Source: Mizuhopecten yessoensis (lineage: Eukaryota). From it: DNA of 64,000 nucleotides. A program made the translations under genes and the position numbers. The notes under the pieces were generated by a model. That model was given only the letters and a program-made list of their open reading frames with translations. It had not been told where the DNA came from and searched no databases. Of the stretch, positions 34,128 through 48,660 are shown in pieces (the first letter of the stretch is position 1; each line of letters starts with the position of its first letter). The stretch covers positions 647,907 to 711,906 of the forward strand of contig NW_018408907.1 in assembly GCF_002113885.1 (NCBI RefSeq). The letters are read 5' to 3'.

Positions 34128-36860
34128 GATAGTTTTCATTGGCTGCTAAATATAGAGACTGACTGACGCATTTGTAGCGGCGGGTTAGTTGAAACGACAT
34201 GAATGGTCTTTTTTTTATTCATCACCAGACTAACTCTTAACCATGAAATATACAGTACATATCCAGAGACACTATTTTTGTATCCAATGGAAACGTTTTG
34301 AACAAACAGGATTTTTCGAATCATTTGAATTTTTATGTTTTTTTTTATCCAAATTCAAAATAAAAGTCTAGACTTAGATTTATATATTAGAACTAAAATA
34401 TAAAGATATGTTGTACTCACATGTATATAAATATATATATTTTAACTCTGTGGCATTCTTTTCAACTCAGTTATAAACAAATTGTATGAATACTGCATTG
34501 TTTGATATGAACATGTTTTAAGCATGGATAAGGTAGGTTGGTGCAGGTTTCGTCGGCACCTTAAATTGAACTAAAGCCTCGGAAAGAGGCAGGGTTGATT
34601 ATCCGGATTCCAAATTACGGAGAGTGAAGCAAAATTGTTATTTTTGTTGTGCATCTGGTAACTTAATCACTGCATGGATTTTGCATGCATGAAGCCATCG
34701 TATCTGTCATTTATTTTGCTGATATGAAAGGCTGTCAACCTTTTTAAGAATAATGGCATTGATTTACATTCAAGGTTTCAGTGGTAAATGTGATAAAATT
34801 TTCATTCGTCTCCTAACCAATCGTGAGTTTGGCCTGGTGCGTTCATAGGTGGAAGACTGTCTACTTTGTTCAAATAAGGTACCTTGACCTACATTCAAGG
34901 TCGAGTGTGTTTGAAATTTCAAACAACTATATCTGATGAACAATGAATCCAAGAAAATCTAAATTTTTATTTAGCATGGTGCCGTTATTATTACAACAGG
35001 GTTGTCTTGACGACAAGAAACATGGAAATACTTGTACGACTTCAGTTCATTACACAATAACATATACATTATGTACATCGTATTTTGGAATTCTACATTG
35101 TTTAGCTTAGACTACTTCAAACAGCTGGTCCCATCCCTTAATGATAGGTTTCTCATCATATTATGCTACAAGTCACTATTCGTAGGAGTGATGTTATGAC
35201 TAAGAGATACATAAAACCACAGAATTGAAGGATCTATATTCGGGTCTATAATTAGATCAAAAGAGAGCGGACAATATACCAAGGCGTTCAGTAGCTCCCA
35301 ACTGAAAAGCCCACCGACGTTTGTCATTGAGATTGCCTGTGAGGACTCGTCCGGGTGTCAACATAGCAGATTACTCGAGGCAGAGAGATCAGCGATAACT
35401 GTTAAAGTCAATTAGGATTACAAATGTGGTAAAAAGCGCTAACTCAGCCAGCAACAGCTGAATCGAAAGGGCAGGAGTGATTTATGGCGAGAAAGGCAGG
35501 ACCAAGTTGGTTAGGTAAGGTCAAAATGGAAATTACAGACATTGTTTCTTGAACAAGTACAAGTACAAATCCTTTTCTCTGGTAATCGCTTTTTCAGTCT
35601 TTGCAACCAAATTGACCTCCATTGTTTTCATTAGAGCGTATAACACGCCAAACTGAGAAACATTCGTTGGATGCTGTTCGACGGTAGCCAGTCAACGCTC
35701 GACTACATGGAAACTGATCCGTTATAATTAGTTCCATGTGTTATACTGCCGAACACATAAACTCCGAAGGTCATGTTCGTTACATTTGACTTTAAAGAAA
35801 TTAGGGTAAGTTAAAACATTTCGAGATGTAAAAGGTGTTAATGTAAGACTTTTCGATTTGCCATCCCTCTACTTATTCAACTCTTTAAGATATTTTTTTT
35901 TATATATTTACAGATATACGTACCTCTTAACCTATCTATAATGTATAGCACTGCGCTCTTTCACTTTGTTACCATTTTTTGTTTTGTGTTGATTAGGTAG
36001 TAATGCACAAGCTACTATGAAGCTCAGATATATCAACCCGCTAAGGCTCTGTCTAGAACATATGGTCTGACGTCAGAGAAATACTTCTGTGCTCAACGAA
36101 GACGATTTTATAGGGAGGGCCGTCACAGACAGTGTTCATTGTCACGACACTCACCACAGCACAAATCCTACAGATAATCATCATGTCCTTATTGTGACCC
36201 CGTGGTACGCTGCCGATGACCCCAAATATCTCACCGGAAGTAAAGATATGCAGAATGTCGCATGCACGTGTTTGTCATTGTTGGCAAGCCTACTAGGATA
36301 CTAAGGTTCAAGGATAATTAGCTGTGGAAGATTGTTGGAATACAAATGATTCATTACCGTCTTAAGAATCTGTTGTAATTGTTAAAAGATTGATTACGAA
36401 CATGTCTGATGATTGGCCGTACACATACCGTTTGAAGTTTCTGTCCATTTGTTGATCGATGCGGTACTAACTAAACCATTGCATGCATACATACTGGATA
36501 AATATATTATTGAAATACATTGGATGTAATATATACTACTATTGTTTTGCCTGATTGAATGACATACTGTTGACACTAACAAGAGTAGAAGAAAAACGTC
36601 TCTAAGCATAGATTATCACACAATGCTAGCCCCTAATATATGATGTACTGCTGTATTACTTAATATAAAATGTTTAAAACAGATACAGTATGCCAGAATG
36701 AAATACACCATAGAAAAATACTGGTTAGTTTCAAATTAAACAGAAATGAGCGTTTATAAACTTATGAACCGTGCCACTTCTCAAAAGCGATTACTCTAGC
36801 CGTCAAGGTTACAGCAAACCTCGGGGACAATAAAACCTCGGACATTGTCACTTTTAAGAG

Positions 36861-37750
36861 ATGCCACCATTGTCACTGTATGAAAATACCACCATTGTTC
36901 ACTATATGAAAATACCGCCATTGTCGCTGTATGAAAATGCCACCATTGTCACTGTATGAAAATAACGCCATTGTCACTGTATGAAAATTCCACCATTGTC
37001 ACTGTATGAAAAGACCACCATTGTCACTGTACGAAAATACCACCATTGTCACTGCATGAAAATAACACCATTGTCACTGTATGAAAAGACCACCATTGTC
37101 ACTGTACGAAAATACCACCATTGTCACTGGATGAAAATACCACCATTGTCACCGCATGAAAATACCACCATTGTGACTGTATGAAAATACCACCATGGCA
37201 CTGTATGAAAATACCACCAATGTCACTGTATGAAAATACCAGCATTGTCAATGTATGAGAATATCACCATGTCACTGTATGAAAATACCACAATTGTTCA
37301 CTATATGAAAATACCGCCATTGTCGCTGCATGAAAATACCGCCATTGTCACTGCATGGAAATACCACCATTGTCGCTGCATGAAAATACCGCCATTGTCA
37401 CTGTATGAAAATACTACCATTATCACTGCATGAAAATACCTCCATTGTCACTGTATGAAAATACAACCATTGTCACTGCATGAAAATAACACCATTGTCA
37501 CTGCATGAAAATAACACCATTGTCACTGCATGAAAATACCGCCATTGTCACTGCATGGAAATACCACCATTGTCGCTGCATGAAAATTCCTCCATTGTCA
37601 CTGCATGGATATACCACCATTGTCACTGTATGAAAAGACCACCATTGTCACTGTACGAAAATACCACCATTGTCACTGTATGAAAATACCACCATTGTCA
37701 CTGCATGAAAATACCTCCATTGTCACTGTATGAAAATACCACCATTGTCA
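36861..37750. repeat. 25-bp minisatellite (~35 copies)
   Basis: Unit TGAAAATACCACCATTGTCACTGTA. Confidence 0.97.
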
Positions 37751-38371
37751 TTTCAAGAAAAGGCAACATTATCTCTCTTAGGAAATAATGGACAATCATT
37801 GTCAGTGTGAGTAAATTCAACCCGGGTATTCCCCGAACACCAACTCTGCTTCAAATCACATGTTTACATAGGTGACCAGTTGTGATGATAGTGAGTTATA
37901 GTCTATTGCAGAAATGGTGTACAGGTAAATTGCACAGGTAAATCAACTTCTGATAAGTAATCAGATAATCAATAACTGCTAATAATTGCAAAATAATCAT
38001 TAATATTTAGAACAGTTTTCAGAATCAGATTTGTGTGAATTCTCTTATAATTATTGTCATATATTAGTTAAACTTGTACTTATTTTCAGATTTCTATGAA
38101 TTGTGTTTAACTTAATTTTGTGACTTCTGTTTGATATTATTATCTGTTATGTTTTAATACAAATACTTCCTCGGCTATCATACGGAATGTTTTTTAACCC
38201 AACTTTGTAGACACAAAAAGGGTCTGAAGACAAGGGGATCCAGTATCATCTTACTTATTTCTTTTGGTAGTTGAAATATTAGCTATCATGGTTTAAAACG
38301 ATAAAAACTTTAGGACATAAACATAAATAACAAAGAACACGGGCTCTGGACAATGGAAGTAAATGCACCTT

Positions 38372-38812
38372 TATCACTGTAAGGAAATACAACCATTGTC
38401 AATATTAGGAAATACGACCATTGTCAATATTAGGAAAATGCAACCATTGTCAATATTAGGAAATACGACCATTGTCAATATAAGGAAATACGACCATTGT
38501 CAATATTAGGAAATACGACCATTGTCAATATTAGGAAATATAACCATTGTTAATGGAAAGAACAACCATCACTGTCACTGTATTGAAACACACTCATTGT
38601 CATTGTGAGCAAACACAATAATTTTCAGTGGGAGTGAATTCAATCATCATTGTCACTGTGAGGAAATACAACCACTGTCTGGGTGTGAATTCAAATATCA
38701 TTATCACTGTGAGGAAATACAACCATTGTCAATGAGTGTGAACTAAACCGTCTCGTTACCATAAGGAAATTCAAGCATTGTCACTGTGAGGAAATACACC
38801 CACTGTAATTGT
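38372..38812. repeat. Related degenerate 25-bp minisatellite
   Basis: Unit AGGAAATACGACCATTGTCAATATT, sharing the AAATAC..CCATTGTCA core. Confidence 0.85.
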
Positions 38813-40684
38813 GAGAAGATATACAGTAACTACCATTATGCTTTAGTTCTGCATTCTGTTTTTAACAAACGGATTCCATCGGCATCCCATGTGATCAGAC
38901 TGAGGCTTAAACACTTATAATCGATAACCTTTGTAAATGTTGATTTCTAAATCCCGATCAGGTTCACACCTGCCTATGGGAATCGTTTTTTTTAATTTTT
39001 TAATTTATATATTTTAAAGCCTTTCGTTATCGAATGCCTTGTGATTAATCTGAATGAGGGCCATAAACTAGCTGCTTGAAATCCTTTTTAACGATTAGTG
39101 CAGCTAACCTTTAATTACCACCACGACACCTCAAGCACTGATCTGGCTCACACTCCTGGAATAATGGTGACGAACAGAGTAATTCTCTCGATTGAATGTT
39201 TACGGAATAGCAATCTCAAACACATGCTCGTATCTAAATGTCTCTTCATATATCCTACAGGGTCGTTATTGGTGCAAACTTTTCCCAAAAAACAAATGTG
39301 ATCAACACCTCTGACGATACAGCTGAGGATCGTTGTGTTAAGTCTTATTGTGTATCGCTGCGGGTTAATAGTTGTCGTTGGTTGTTGAAGTATTAGCAGT
39401 GCTTTTTTATGTCACCGCCTGCTAGAGAATATTCGTTGTCCGACGGAAGTGCTTAGCTGATTTCCGGTTTGTTTTCAAGGATTTTGCATCATCGCAATAG
39501 CTAAGGTGGTATCAAAGAGGTATCCACACGCAAATATTGTTGCCACTCAGGAGCCATTTTAATGTCGTAACCTAGACATAGTGGCGTTACATTTCACAGG
39601 TCACATTTGTTTGACAATGTGCTGTTCAGAGAAGCACAGGTACACATCGCCGAAGAGAAAGAATGAGTAGGAAAGACAAGAATACTCCAAGAAAGCGAAT
39701 TTTCGTGTTGGGATTCTTTATACTGTTTGCAGTGTGGACAGTTTTACGCTGAGGTCCTTTAAATTGATAGTAATGTGTTAATCATTGCGTAATGACCCTT
39801 TAACTGATCGTGGTGTGGACATGTTTGCGCTGTGACCCTTTAAACTATTCGGAATGTGGAAAATGAATTCTTTATATTTTCTTAAATCTTCAATAAATAA
39901 AAACTCGCGTGAGGATATGTTAGTGCCAATTTATCCAGCGCGGAAAACACAGACAGTTTTTTCACCGCAAATTTCCCCTTTTACATCACAAACAGGTCCC
40001 AAATATTGCAATAACAAGTACAGCTTACTTCTTATTCGACCGCTAAAGTTATTTTGATTCTGAATTCTATAGCTCCTCTTACTATCAGAGCTTATTTGTT
40101 GCTTGACGTTTCTAACACATATTGTTGCCAGGTTCCTGGCACCCTTTTCCCGATATCAACAATAGCAAACAGATAGCCGCCAATGTTGGTTCCAATTCAC
40201 AAGATACAAGGTAGGATTTAGGATTCAGTACAGTGAAGGAGAAACAAATACAACAGTAAGCGTGTTTTTTTTTTATTAACGATTGCAGTAAATCCTAGCT
40301 GCTAATGAAATCAAGAAATGTGATTTGTGCGACATCAAACGATGATTTATCTTTGCGTGTTCGTTTTCTCGCTCTTTTAATGTACATGTATTCATCACAG
40401 TGCAACTTCATAGAAACATACATCATCATTATATCCATCGATCATTGCTGCGTTTCCCGCAAAACATCATTTTGCCACTAGCCTTTGCTAAGAAAATTAA
40501 CTATTTCCTAGCAGGGGTTATGTATGTAACGCTTGGACTTAAAAATGTATTATGGTTCTTGTAAAACATGGTACCTTTACGATCTTCAGTGTTCTTGTGA
40601 TGTAAATCAATATGAATGTTGAAATAAAACCAACCAACGTTATATTTATATCTATACTAAAACCGGTGTCTCTCTATGAAGCCA

Positions 40685-40863
40685 GAGGCCGCGTTGGCCA
40701 AGTGGTTAAGGAGTCTGACATTCTGCTACCACTAGCCGTTCATCACTATGTGGGGCAGTCGCAAGGTGCTGGCCGTAGGAAGGTGGTTTCTCCGGGAACT
40801 CCGGCTTTCCTTCACCACCAAAACGACCATAGCTGTTAACAGGACGTAAAACACAAACAAACA
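40685..40863 (+). mobile_element. tRNA-derived V-SINE (internally deleted)
   Basis: Head TGGCCAAGTGGTTAAGG; V-domain GGTTTCTCCGGGAACTCCGGCTTTCC; tail GACCATAGCTGTTAACAGGACGTAAAA followed by (CAAA)n. Confidence 0.85.
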
Positions 40864-41744
40864 TCTACAAGGTCAAAAGATTAATAGCTTTAATAAAATA
40901 CACTGTTCTTATATATTAACAATTAACAAAAAAAAATGTACTTAACCTGGTTTATATGCATAGTTTCATCATGTTTTTAAAACGAAAAAAAACCCCCCTT
41001 AATGTGCATGTATTGTATTCCCAGTTCGAGTCTCCTTTAGTTTTAAGACTTTTGGGTCTAGAACCCAACTGCCTAGAAAATCCGGATTTTTTCCCCTCCA
41101 ATCCTGTTTAGATTTGCCTATTTACCATTTTCAACTACATACTAACCTAAACAGACGACACGTTTCATACATGGAAAGTTAAATAGCTGGCAACAATGTC
41201 AGCCATCTGTAGACATATTGTTTTTCCTGGTAGCATTAAGGTTTTTGCCAATGCATTTTATAAGAACCCAACTAGAAATTAGTGATGAACACACTTTTGT
41301 CTTTAAGGGACAGACTTATGCTATTTCATTCTGATTTTGTTCTTATTCCCCCTTTTCGTGGTTTACATTTTATGCTTGAAATTTTGTCATTGACTTTTGA
41401 GTAGTATTATATGGAACGTGTATATAATGACAGTGTGGCGTGCCCTACACATCAATACTGGTTTGATGTACAAAGAAGAGCAATTCGCGATTCAAAAAGT
41501 AGCTTCGTAGCGATGTAAATGCTGTACATGAGTAGCAATATCTACGTATTGAGATCAGCTTTGCTGTATTATTTTTCCTTTATGTTTTGAACTAATTGTT
41601 AAGAGTTGTTTCTAAGACAATATACAAAAATAAACTCTATCTATATATTGAAACGTAAAGTGATGCATTTACATAGTTATGTTGAGTTCCTGAGGAAACA
41701 TAACCTCATTTTGTTTAAGACGACCGTCAATTATCTCTTCTCTG

Positions 41745-42290
41745 AAACCGTTTCTGTGTATGTAGCCAAGTCCTTAAACTTCAAATTCAGTCATATCGAC
41801 GATGTGTTGTCGTTAAATAACAAGAAATTTATTGACCACATCGATCGTATATATACCTTTCAAGGCTTGGTATCAAGGACACCCTTCTGCCTCAGTCGCA
41901 TTCCTTGATCTATACTTACAACATGACCAAATCTATCATAAAACATTCCTTAGCTTGAAATGAAGGACACCACAAACGACCCTTCCGCTACAGCCGTTGC
42001 CTCGATCTTAACTTACAACTTGACCATAACGGACAGCGTCCTACTAAGACGCGAAGCTAATCATTCGTGGTCTTTCTGTTTGTTGATAGTAACATCCCTG
42101 CTCCCGAAGGTGTTGATATGTTTCGCAGTTGAAATATTATTCAAAACCTTGCTCCGAATATCACGATTACTGTGCTAGATGTCGACCGCTTACAAAGTTA
42201 CTACACACATTTCCCATAGATTTAAGATGATGAAAACAATGGTCGCGATAATGATCTCATTTGAATATATTCTGTTTCCTGGTCTGATTT
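41745..42290 (+). mobile_element. Highly degenerate Penelope-like RT remnant
   Basis: KSLNFKFSHIDDVLSLNNKKFIDHIDRIY, LEMKDTT and DSNIPAP resemble the FRYIDDVLSLNN...LEIKDTT...SNIP signature of invertebrate PLE RTs. Confidence 0.75.
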
Positions 42291-42601
42291 GAATGTCGTC
42301 TTTTGTTATGCTCAATAGTTTCCTGTAGCTACACTATATCGTTTCCCGCCGCTTAAACTACGTTGTAACAATAGAATATAGGTAATTTAACGACTTACAG
42401 CAGACAAATAGTTTCCCCAATTATTGTCGATGCAGTGTGTAGGTTTGCTAGTCACAGGGTAGTTTTAATGTCTTTAGTAATATCATTAGTTATCTACTGA
42501 ACCGAACTCAAAACAAATAGTAACATCGTAATGCAACAGGAAGCGTACAGGACCCCTCTATACAATGTGACGGTAGACCAAGGATGGCTATATATGCTTC
42601 T

Positions 42602-44320
42602 ATAATAATAATAACAGTCTTTATTTAAACTTGATTACATATTGAGTCAAAGTCTCGTCTCCCATATGGTCAAGCATATTAAAAAATGTACATTATATAC
42701 AACAATGATAATATAGTACTATGAATAGTTAACTGGTAAGATAATTTTACATGTACATTTTAAATCCACTATTATCACAGAAACAGCTCTAAATGAAACG
42801 ATGACCCGAGCTTTCAAGCGGTGGAGAAAGCCCTACCAGCATGGTCAGCCCAGGTTTCATTTTAACTATACAACAGTTACATAAATTATATGCTAAATTA
42901 CAAATACGTTTTGGCACATTTCTTAAAAGATAATAGACTTTTGCAATTCTGTACATATGATGGTAAACTATTCCATATATATGGACCTTGATATGTAAAA
43001 GACCTTTTAAAAACATTTGTTTTAAAAGAAGGAATATGAAATACATTCTGTGTTGATGATCTGGTAGTTTTTGAATGGATATCGGATGTCAAAGTAAAAT
43101 TGTTCAAGAAATCAGGAGCCAAGTTGTTTAAGACTTTTTACATTAAAATACAGTGGTTGTAGGAAATTCGTTTTTTAAAAGGCAACCATTTAAGTTTGCT
43201 AAACATTTCATTTGAAGGTGTACAAAAATCACAATTCAAAATAACTCTGGCAGCTCGTTTTTGCAGTTTTTCAATCTTTGCAATGTGGTTCTGTGTGGCA
43301 TTTCCCCAGATATTAGAGCAATAGTCAAAATGGGTATTAATGAAGCAACTGTAATATGTGAGACAAGATGATTGGGTCAGGAAAGGTCTTTTTTGCAGTA
43401 TCTGCAATTTGTTTATCCCAAAATAAGCAATCGTCAATAGTAACCCCAAGAAGTTTTTCTTGTTTCACATTTTCTAATTGTCTGTCATTTATAAAAACAG
43501 ATACATTTTCAAATTGTCTACATTTTCTTTGTGATGTTCCAATTAACATAACTTTAATTTTTTCTGTGTTAACACACATTTTGTTTTCATCACACCATTT
43601 CTGAATTAATTTGGCATCATAATTTAAACTGGAATTGATGTTTTCAATTGATTTGCCATGTGTGTAAGCAGCTGTGTCATCAGCATACATGTTTATTGTT
43701 GAGTTTTTTTGTGAACAAGGGTAGATCATTCCCATACAAGATGATCATTAAGGGCCCGAGGAGAACAACCACACAAGCTTAATTTGGCAAGTAATCTGTT
43801 GTGGTCTACAAGGTCAAAGGCCTTTCTAAAGTCTAAAAATAAAACCCCTGACAAGTGTCCCTTATCAATGGAATCATACCACGTGTTTGTAATTTTTGTC
43901 AGTGCAGTCTGACAGGAATGTTGTATTCTAAAGCCTGACTGGCTTTCTAAAATTAGATCCTGTCTGCATAAACAATTGTAAAAATGTTGATGAATATGTT
44001 TTTCGAGACATTTGAATAGAATTGGTAGTACTGATATTGGTCTATACTAACTAATTTGTTCTTTATTCCCTTCTTAAAGAGAGGACTAACTTTAGCATTT
44101 TCCCAAAAACTTGGAAAGGTATTAGTTTCAATACTGAAATTCAATAATTTACAAACTAGAGATGCAATTGCTTTGGTACAACATTTCAAAAATGTAGATC
44201 CAATATTGTCAAGTCCAGTTGCTTTGAAAATCTTTTCAACAAACTTTTCTTCAACTTTTGGTATATCAAAGGAAGCACCCTTGAGTTTTTGTTCAGTGAA
44301 TGTTGAAGTATACACAAAGT
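42602..44320 (-). mobile_element. Decayed L2/Crack-like LINE
   Basis: Minus-strand motifs QSGFR..HSCQTAL, FLDFRKAFDLVDH, MYADDT, EKLLGVTID, DYCSNIWGN...LQKRAARVIL and GPYIWNSLP; AATAAA plus (TTA)n tail near 42602-42625. Confidence 0.92.
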
Positions 44321-47300
44321 TTCAGAAGGACTACCTCCCTCTGTATTCTGTACCTACTGTTTCTATAAGGAAACGAACGTCCTCGAACCTGATAGGTTAT
44401 GATATTACTGCATAACTACATATTATATCTATTACAATTAAGATCGTTTTTGCATAGGCTTTGAACAACTCTTTACACCTTTTCACATAATGAGGTGACT
44501 GTCAGCCATAAATAGCAATGAGAGATCTGTTATTCTCGAAGGTAACATCAATACACACCGGATGTTGACGACAAACCACCTTGCATTACACGTATCGTAT
44601 GTATCGATTTGAAATAACGTTCAGTATTGTCAATGCTATTTAGCCACCGACCGAGGAAAACAGACCTTAATGGGTAAACACACCTTACTGTGACAAAACA
44701 GTCCTTCGGCACTATCTTAACAGACAAGATGAAACTCCTTACACTTTTTCTCTACATATATTTTATGTGTTTTTTGTATACCGGCTCGCATCGCAATTTA
44801 ATCTGATGGTTTATGTTTTAAGATGTAGTGGGCCCCTCGGAGTTTCACTAATACATAGCAACCATAAACGCACATCATGAAGACAAAGAAAATGTCTGAC
44901 ACTTGCCAGGACAAGGATTCCAAAGACGGTTGTCTTTGGTTACGAAAAGAAAAAACAGACACTGTTGAGATTATTGGAAAATATTGATATGTCAGAGGCA
45001 AGACAAATCAAGATGACTGTCATGATAGTCTTTTCTGACAATAAATCTTAAAATCTTACGATGCACGATGCATCAATGGACATTGCCAAAATGTTAAAAT
45101 GTGTTCTGAAAACTGTTGCACACGGCACGTGAGTCACGTGGTACAAAATGTACTTACTGCTATCATCTTGAACTGGTCAGAAGCTGATTTGATGTCTAAT
45201 CACGTGCTCTTTTCGTGTTGTTTTTTAATTGTAGTATGTAGTTGCTACTGTGCTACCTCTAATTTGTGGTGTCCTCTTGATCATCCTTTTAAAGTTTTAA
45301 TGATGAATTGTTGATACATGCTGTTTTTCATTTTGCTTTGACGTATACTAAATTCATGTTATGTTTTCAAAGACCAATGCATTTTGAAAACAAAAACGAA
45401 CTCATATTGAAATAAATCATTAATTGCACGTTCAAGTGAAATCTAAATCACAAAATTTACCTAATTTGTCATTAAAATAATTTTTGAATGTGGTACAATT
45501 CATGACTTTCGTGCTTTTTGTACCTATTTATAGATTCTGTTAACATAACAATATGCTGTTAATAATTATGGCATCATTTTAAAGGCGTAGTGTTAAATGC
45601 AAATACGTAATTACAGATCTATATATATGTTAGCTATATATACCCCTACCGGGAACACAGCCAGAACAGGATGGCTTGTTTTTACGCGATTAGTGCCATC
45701 GTGTAGCCGCGTTATTTTTCGATTTATTGGTTATTGTGATAATAGGCAACTGACTAACACCTCTCCCAGAGTTGTCTTGGCCGTATATCTATCTTAACAT
45801 GACCATACTGGGCTAATTCGATAGCTATGGCAGAAGGTACGCCACATACACATTGTGACACTTAGGCTTCCTGCACGATTAGGCTTACCGCTAGGCAGAA
45901 TTGATGGCATTCAAAATGAACACTTACCTGTAGGGGGCCGAGAAGGGCCGTAATCCAGTGACACACTACGAACATGGGGTCCGTGTTTGGGTCTAGGAGC
46001 TGTCATTGTCACCGTAAGGACAAATTACAGCCGCGGGTTGTCACACACTTTCTACACACGATTCACCATCAATACACTTAATCCAAAGAGATATTGAAAT
46101 GCTTCGTTAGAATTTGGTATTTCCAAATGGAATAAATATGTACTCCCAACCACTGTTATCTCCTGGGAAGACGACTCTGGTGCTGGACCTGAATTATTTA
46201 CGTTGGCGAGCGGCTAGCTGCATTTTACAAGGTCTGTATCATTCCTGGTTCCCTTTAATGGTCCGTATACCATGAGATTATTAGCTCAGCAATGTACACA
46301 ACACACATGCGTGTCTCACGGGTATGTTGCGCGATAAATGTCACCTAATTGTATTAATATCAGCCAGCAGTCCTCGATGTTTATGCAAATTGTGATGAGT
46401 GCTTTATGTACTCAGCTGATCCATTTCATTACCTTGAACAGCAACGCGGAAATATGATCGTGGCGACCGTTAGAGATTCCACAGATTAATGCACCATTCC
46501 AAAAGAACAAAGGGATTTCTACAATCGACCAGCTACAGAAACATGGAGTAACTGTCACCACGACTGCAGGTACACACGGTGTGGCAGAGTTGACATGGCC
46601 ATTCTCTAACGGTTCCAACACGGGATGACCTTACCATAACGCTAACAAGATTCGACTACCCAATGGTCAGATTTCACGTAATTTATCCAGTAAATCACTA
46701 CCTCATATATCCTGGTACGATTTTTTCGTAATAACATCACCAGGTTGTCTTGTCCCCAACTCGCAATCTACCACCGTAAACCACCAATGTTGTGTGATCC
46801 GTCCCTCGCAGTGACCACCTATATACTGAACCACGACTTGTAATTTACCACCTTAACACGACCGTGGGTGTGTGGTCCGTTCTTCGCAGTGACCACCTAC
46901 ATACTAAAGCACGTTATGTGTCCCCTCCCTTGTAATATATACCACTTAAAAACTTAAACTCCTTATAACGTCACCTAACCATCAACTCTGATTGTGTATT
47001 TTTACCTTGTAATTTACCACATAACATTTCCTTTTATAGATTGCTGATTATTACATAAACATAGTATTGCTAGTCGTGTCTTTCTTATTCATCACATAAA
47101 CTCTTCCTTAAGTTTGCTGTTTTCTAACTACCTTACGACGCCACTAAAACACAATTTCATGTTTCCGGTTCCAGTTCCCAGTAAACTATACAACATACAC
47201 ACTTCCTTCAGTTTCATTAACTCCTTGTTATTAGCACGTGACCAACATGTCAACAGTTCATCAGTATCTCTTCCCGTCACGGGGAAGATGACAGCCGAGC

Positions 47301-48039
47301 AGGACATTGTATATGTAATATACTACTTCAGGTCACGCCAAACCAGCCCATCACATAATTACCACATCAAGCATTCAAGAATACAACTTAAATGGTACGG
47401 CACTCTGAAGAGAACAAGGTCATTAATCAATGTTACGTCGCAACATTTTCCTCTACATTTTCTACAGGAGAAGTAGGTAATTGTGATCGAGCGGTCACTT
47501 TTTTCGGTCATTGCTACTGTTGTTTTCATTTGTGTTCAATATTCTCAGTCAAAGACTTCATGGTAAGACACACGACGTTTGGCATGGCTTTTAACTTGAC
47601 AAAGTGTCCGTTTGACTATTAATGTCATTGACATGCATACCACTCCAATATATACAGAAGCGGTGTACAGTCGTTACATTGATTTCCCTACAGGGCAAAC
47701 GGTACTTACTTACAGACGTATGCATTTTATGTGATAGTGGTCAGCGACTGGTCAGTTAATGGCAGATTGGTTGATTTCTACTACAGACTTATCCGTCTGT
47801 GTGGTTGTATGACTAGCACGACCCATTCCTGGCAAACGACAAGCTAACAGACAAATGCTGATTCGTATGCCGTGCAGATTTGGTAAATAATACAAAAAGT
47901 TTTCGAATAATGCATCTCTTGAACATCGCTTGATACCACCTATTGAGCTGATTTTAGTGTGCAAAAACTTCAAAAAAAATATTATACTTTTATCTTTACA
48001 AATGTAAAGAGAATGAAACATGGGCGAGAAGACACCGAC

Positions 48040-48310
48040 AAGAAAAATCGAATAGAAAGATTAAATGTCAACAGTTCAGGAAACGATAACAATGTCACAA
48101 GAGTAACTTCATAGAACAATAATGTCAACAGGGTAATGTTGCATAGAACGGAGAACAATCCCAACATGAGAAATCTGAAGTTAAAGTAGAACGATAACAA
48201 TGTCAGCAAGAACAACTATTGCAGAACAACAACTGTTGTTGTTAACAAGACAAAGGTATGTATAATGGTAACACAAGAGAACTTTATATAGAACGACAAC
48301 AATAGGTGAC
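48040..48310. repeat. Degenerate ~30-35 bp tandem repeat
   Basis: Recurrent AGAACGATAACAATGTCA(A)CA motif. Confidence 0.6.
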
Positions 48311-48574
48311 ATGAAATTATAACAACGCTAGATACAGGGCACAACATTGGACAACGTAAATTTGTACTGAAAGATAACACCGCGAAACAATGACGTTATA
48401 TTATGGAGTTCCGTCCCCCTGCCCAAAATTGTACCAACTCACTGGAACCGGTAATTCCGTCTTGACTTTAGTTTCGACAAAGCACTTCTGAAAAGAAACC
48501 ATATCTTGCAGGACTTTTAAGAAACATATTGAAGAAGATATCAACAAAGTATAATCAATAGCAGTGTTCTGAGT

Positions 48575-48660
48575 GTAAACATAAAATGTGCGGCTGGACC
48601 GGGGTTCGAACCATGCTCTTCAGATGGTTATACAATTGCTCTAATCAATTGGAATACATG
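48575..48660 (-). mobile_element. Degenerate copy of the tRNA-containing element
   Basis: AAATGTGCGGCTGGACCGGGGTTCGAACC...GCTCTAATCAATTG aligns by eye with ~14186-14255. Confidence 0.5.

Noticed and set aside
34540-34560. Partial antisense match to miR-981 (TGCAGGTTTCGTCG)
   Set aside because: The seed end differs and no precursor hairpin is evident.
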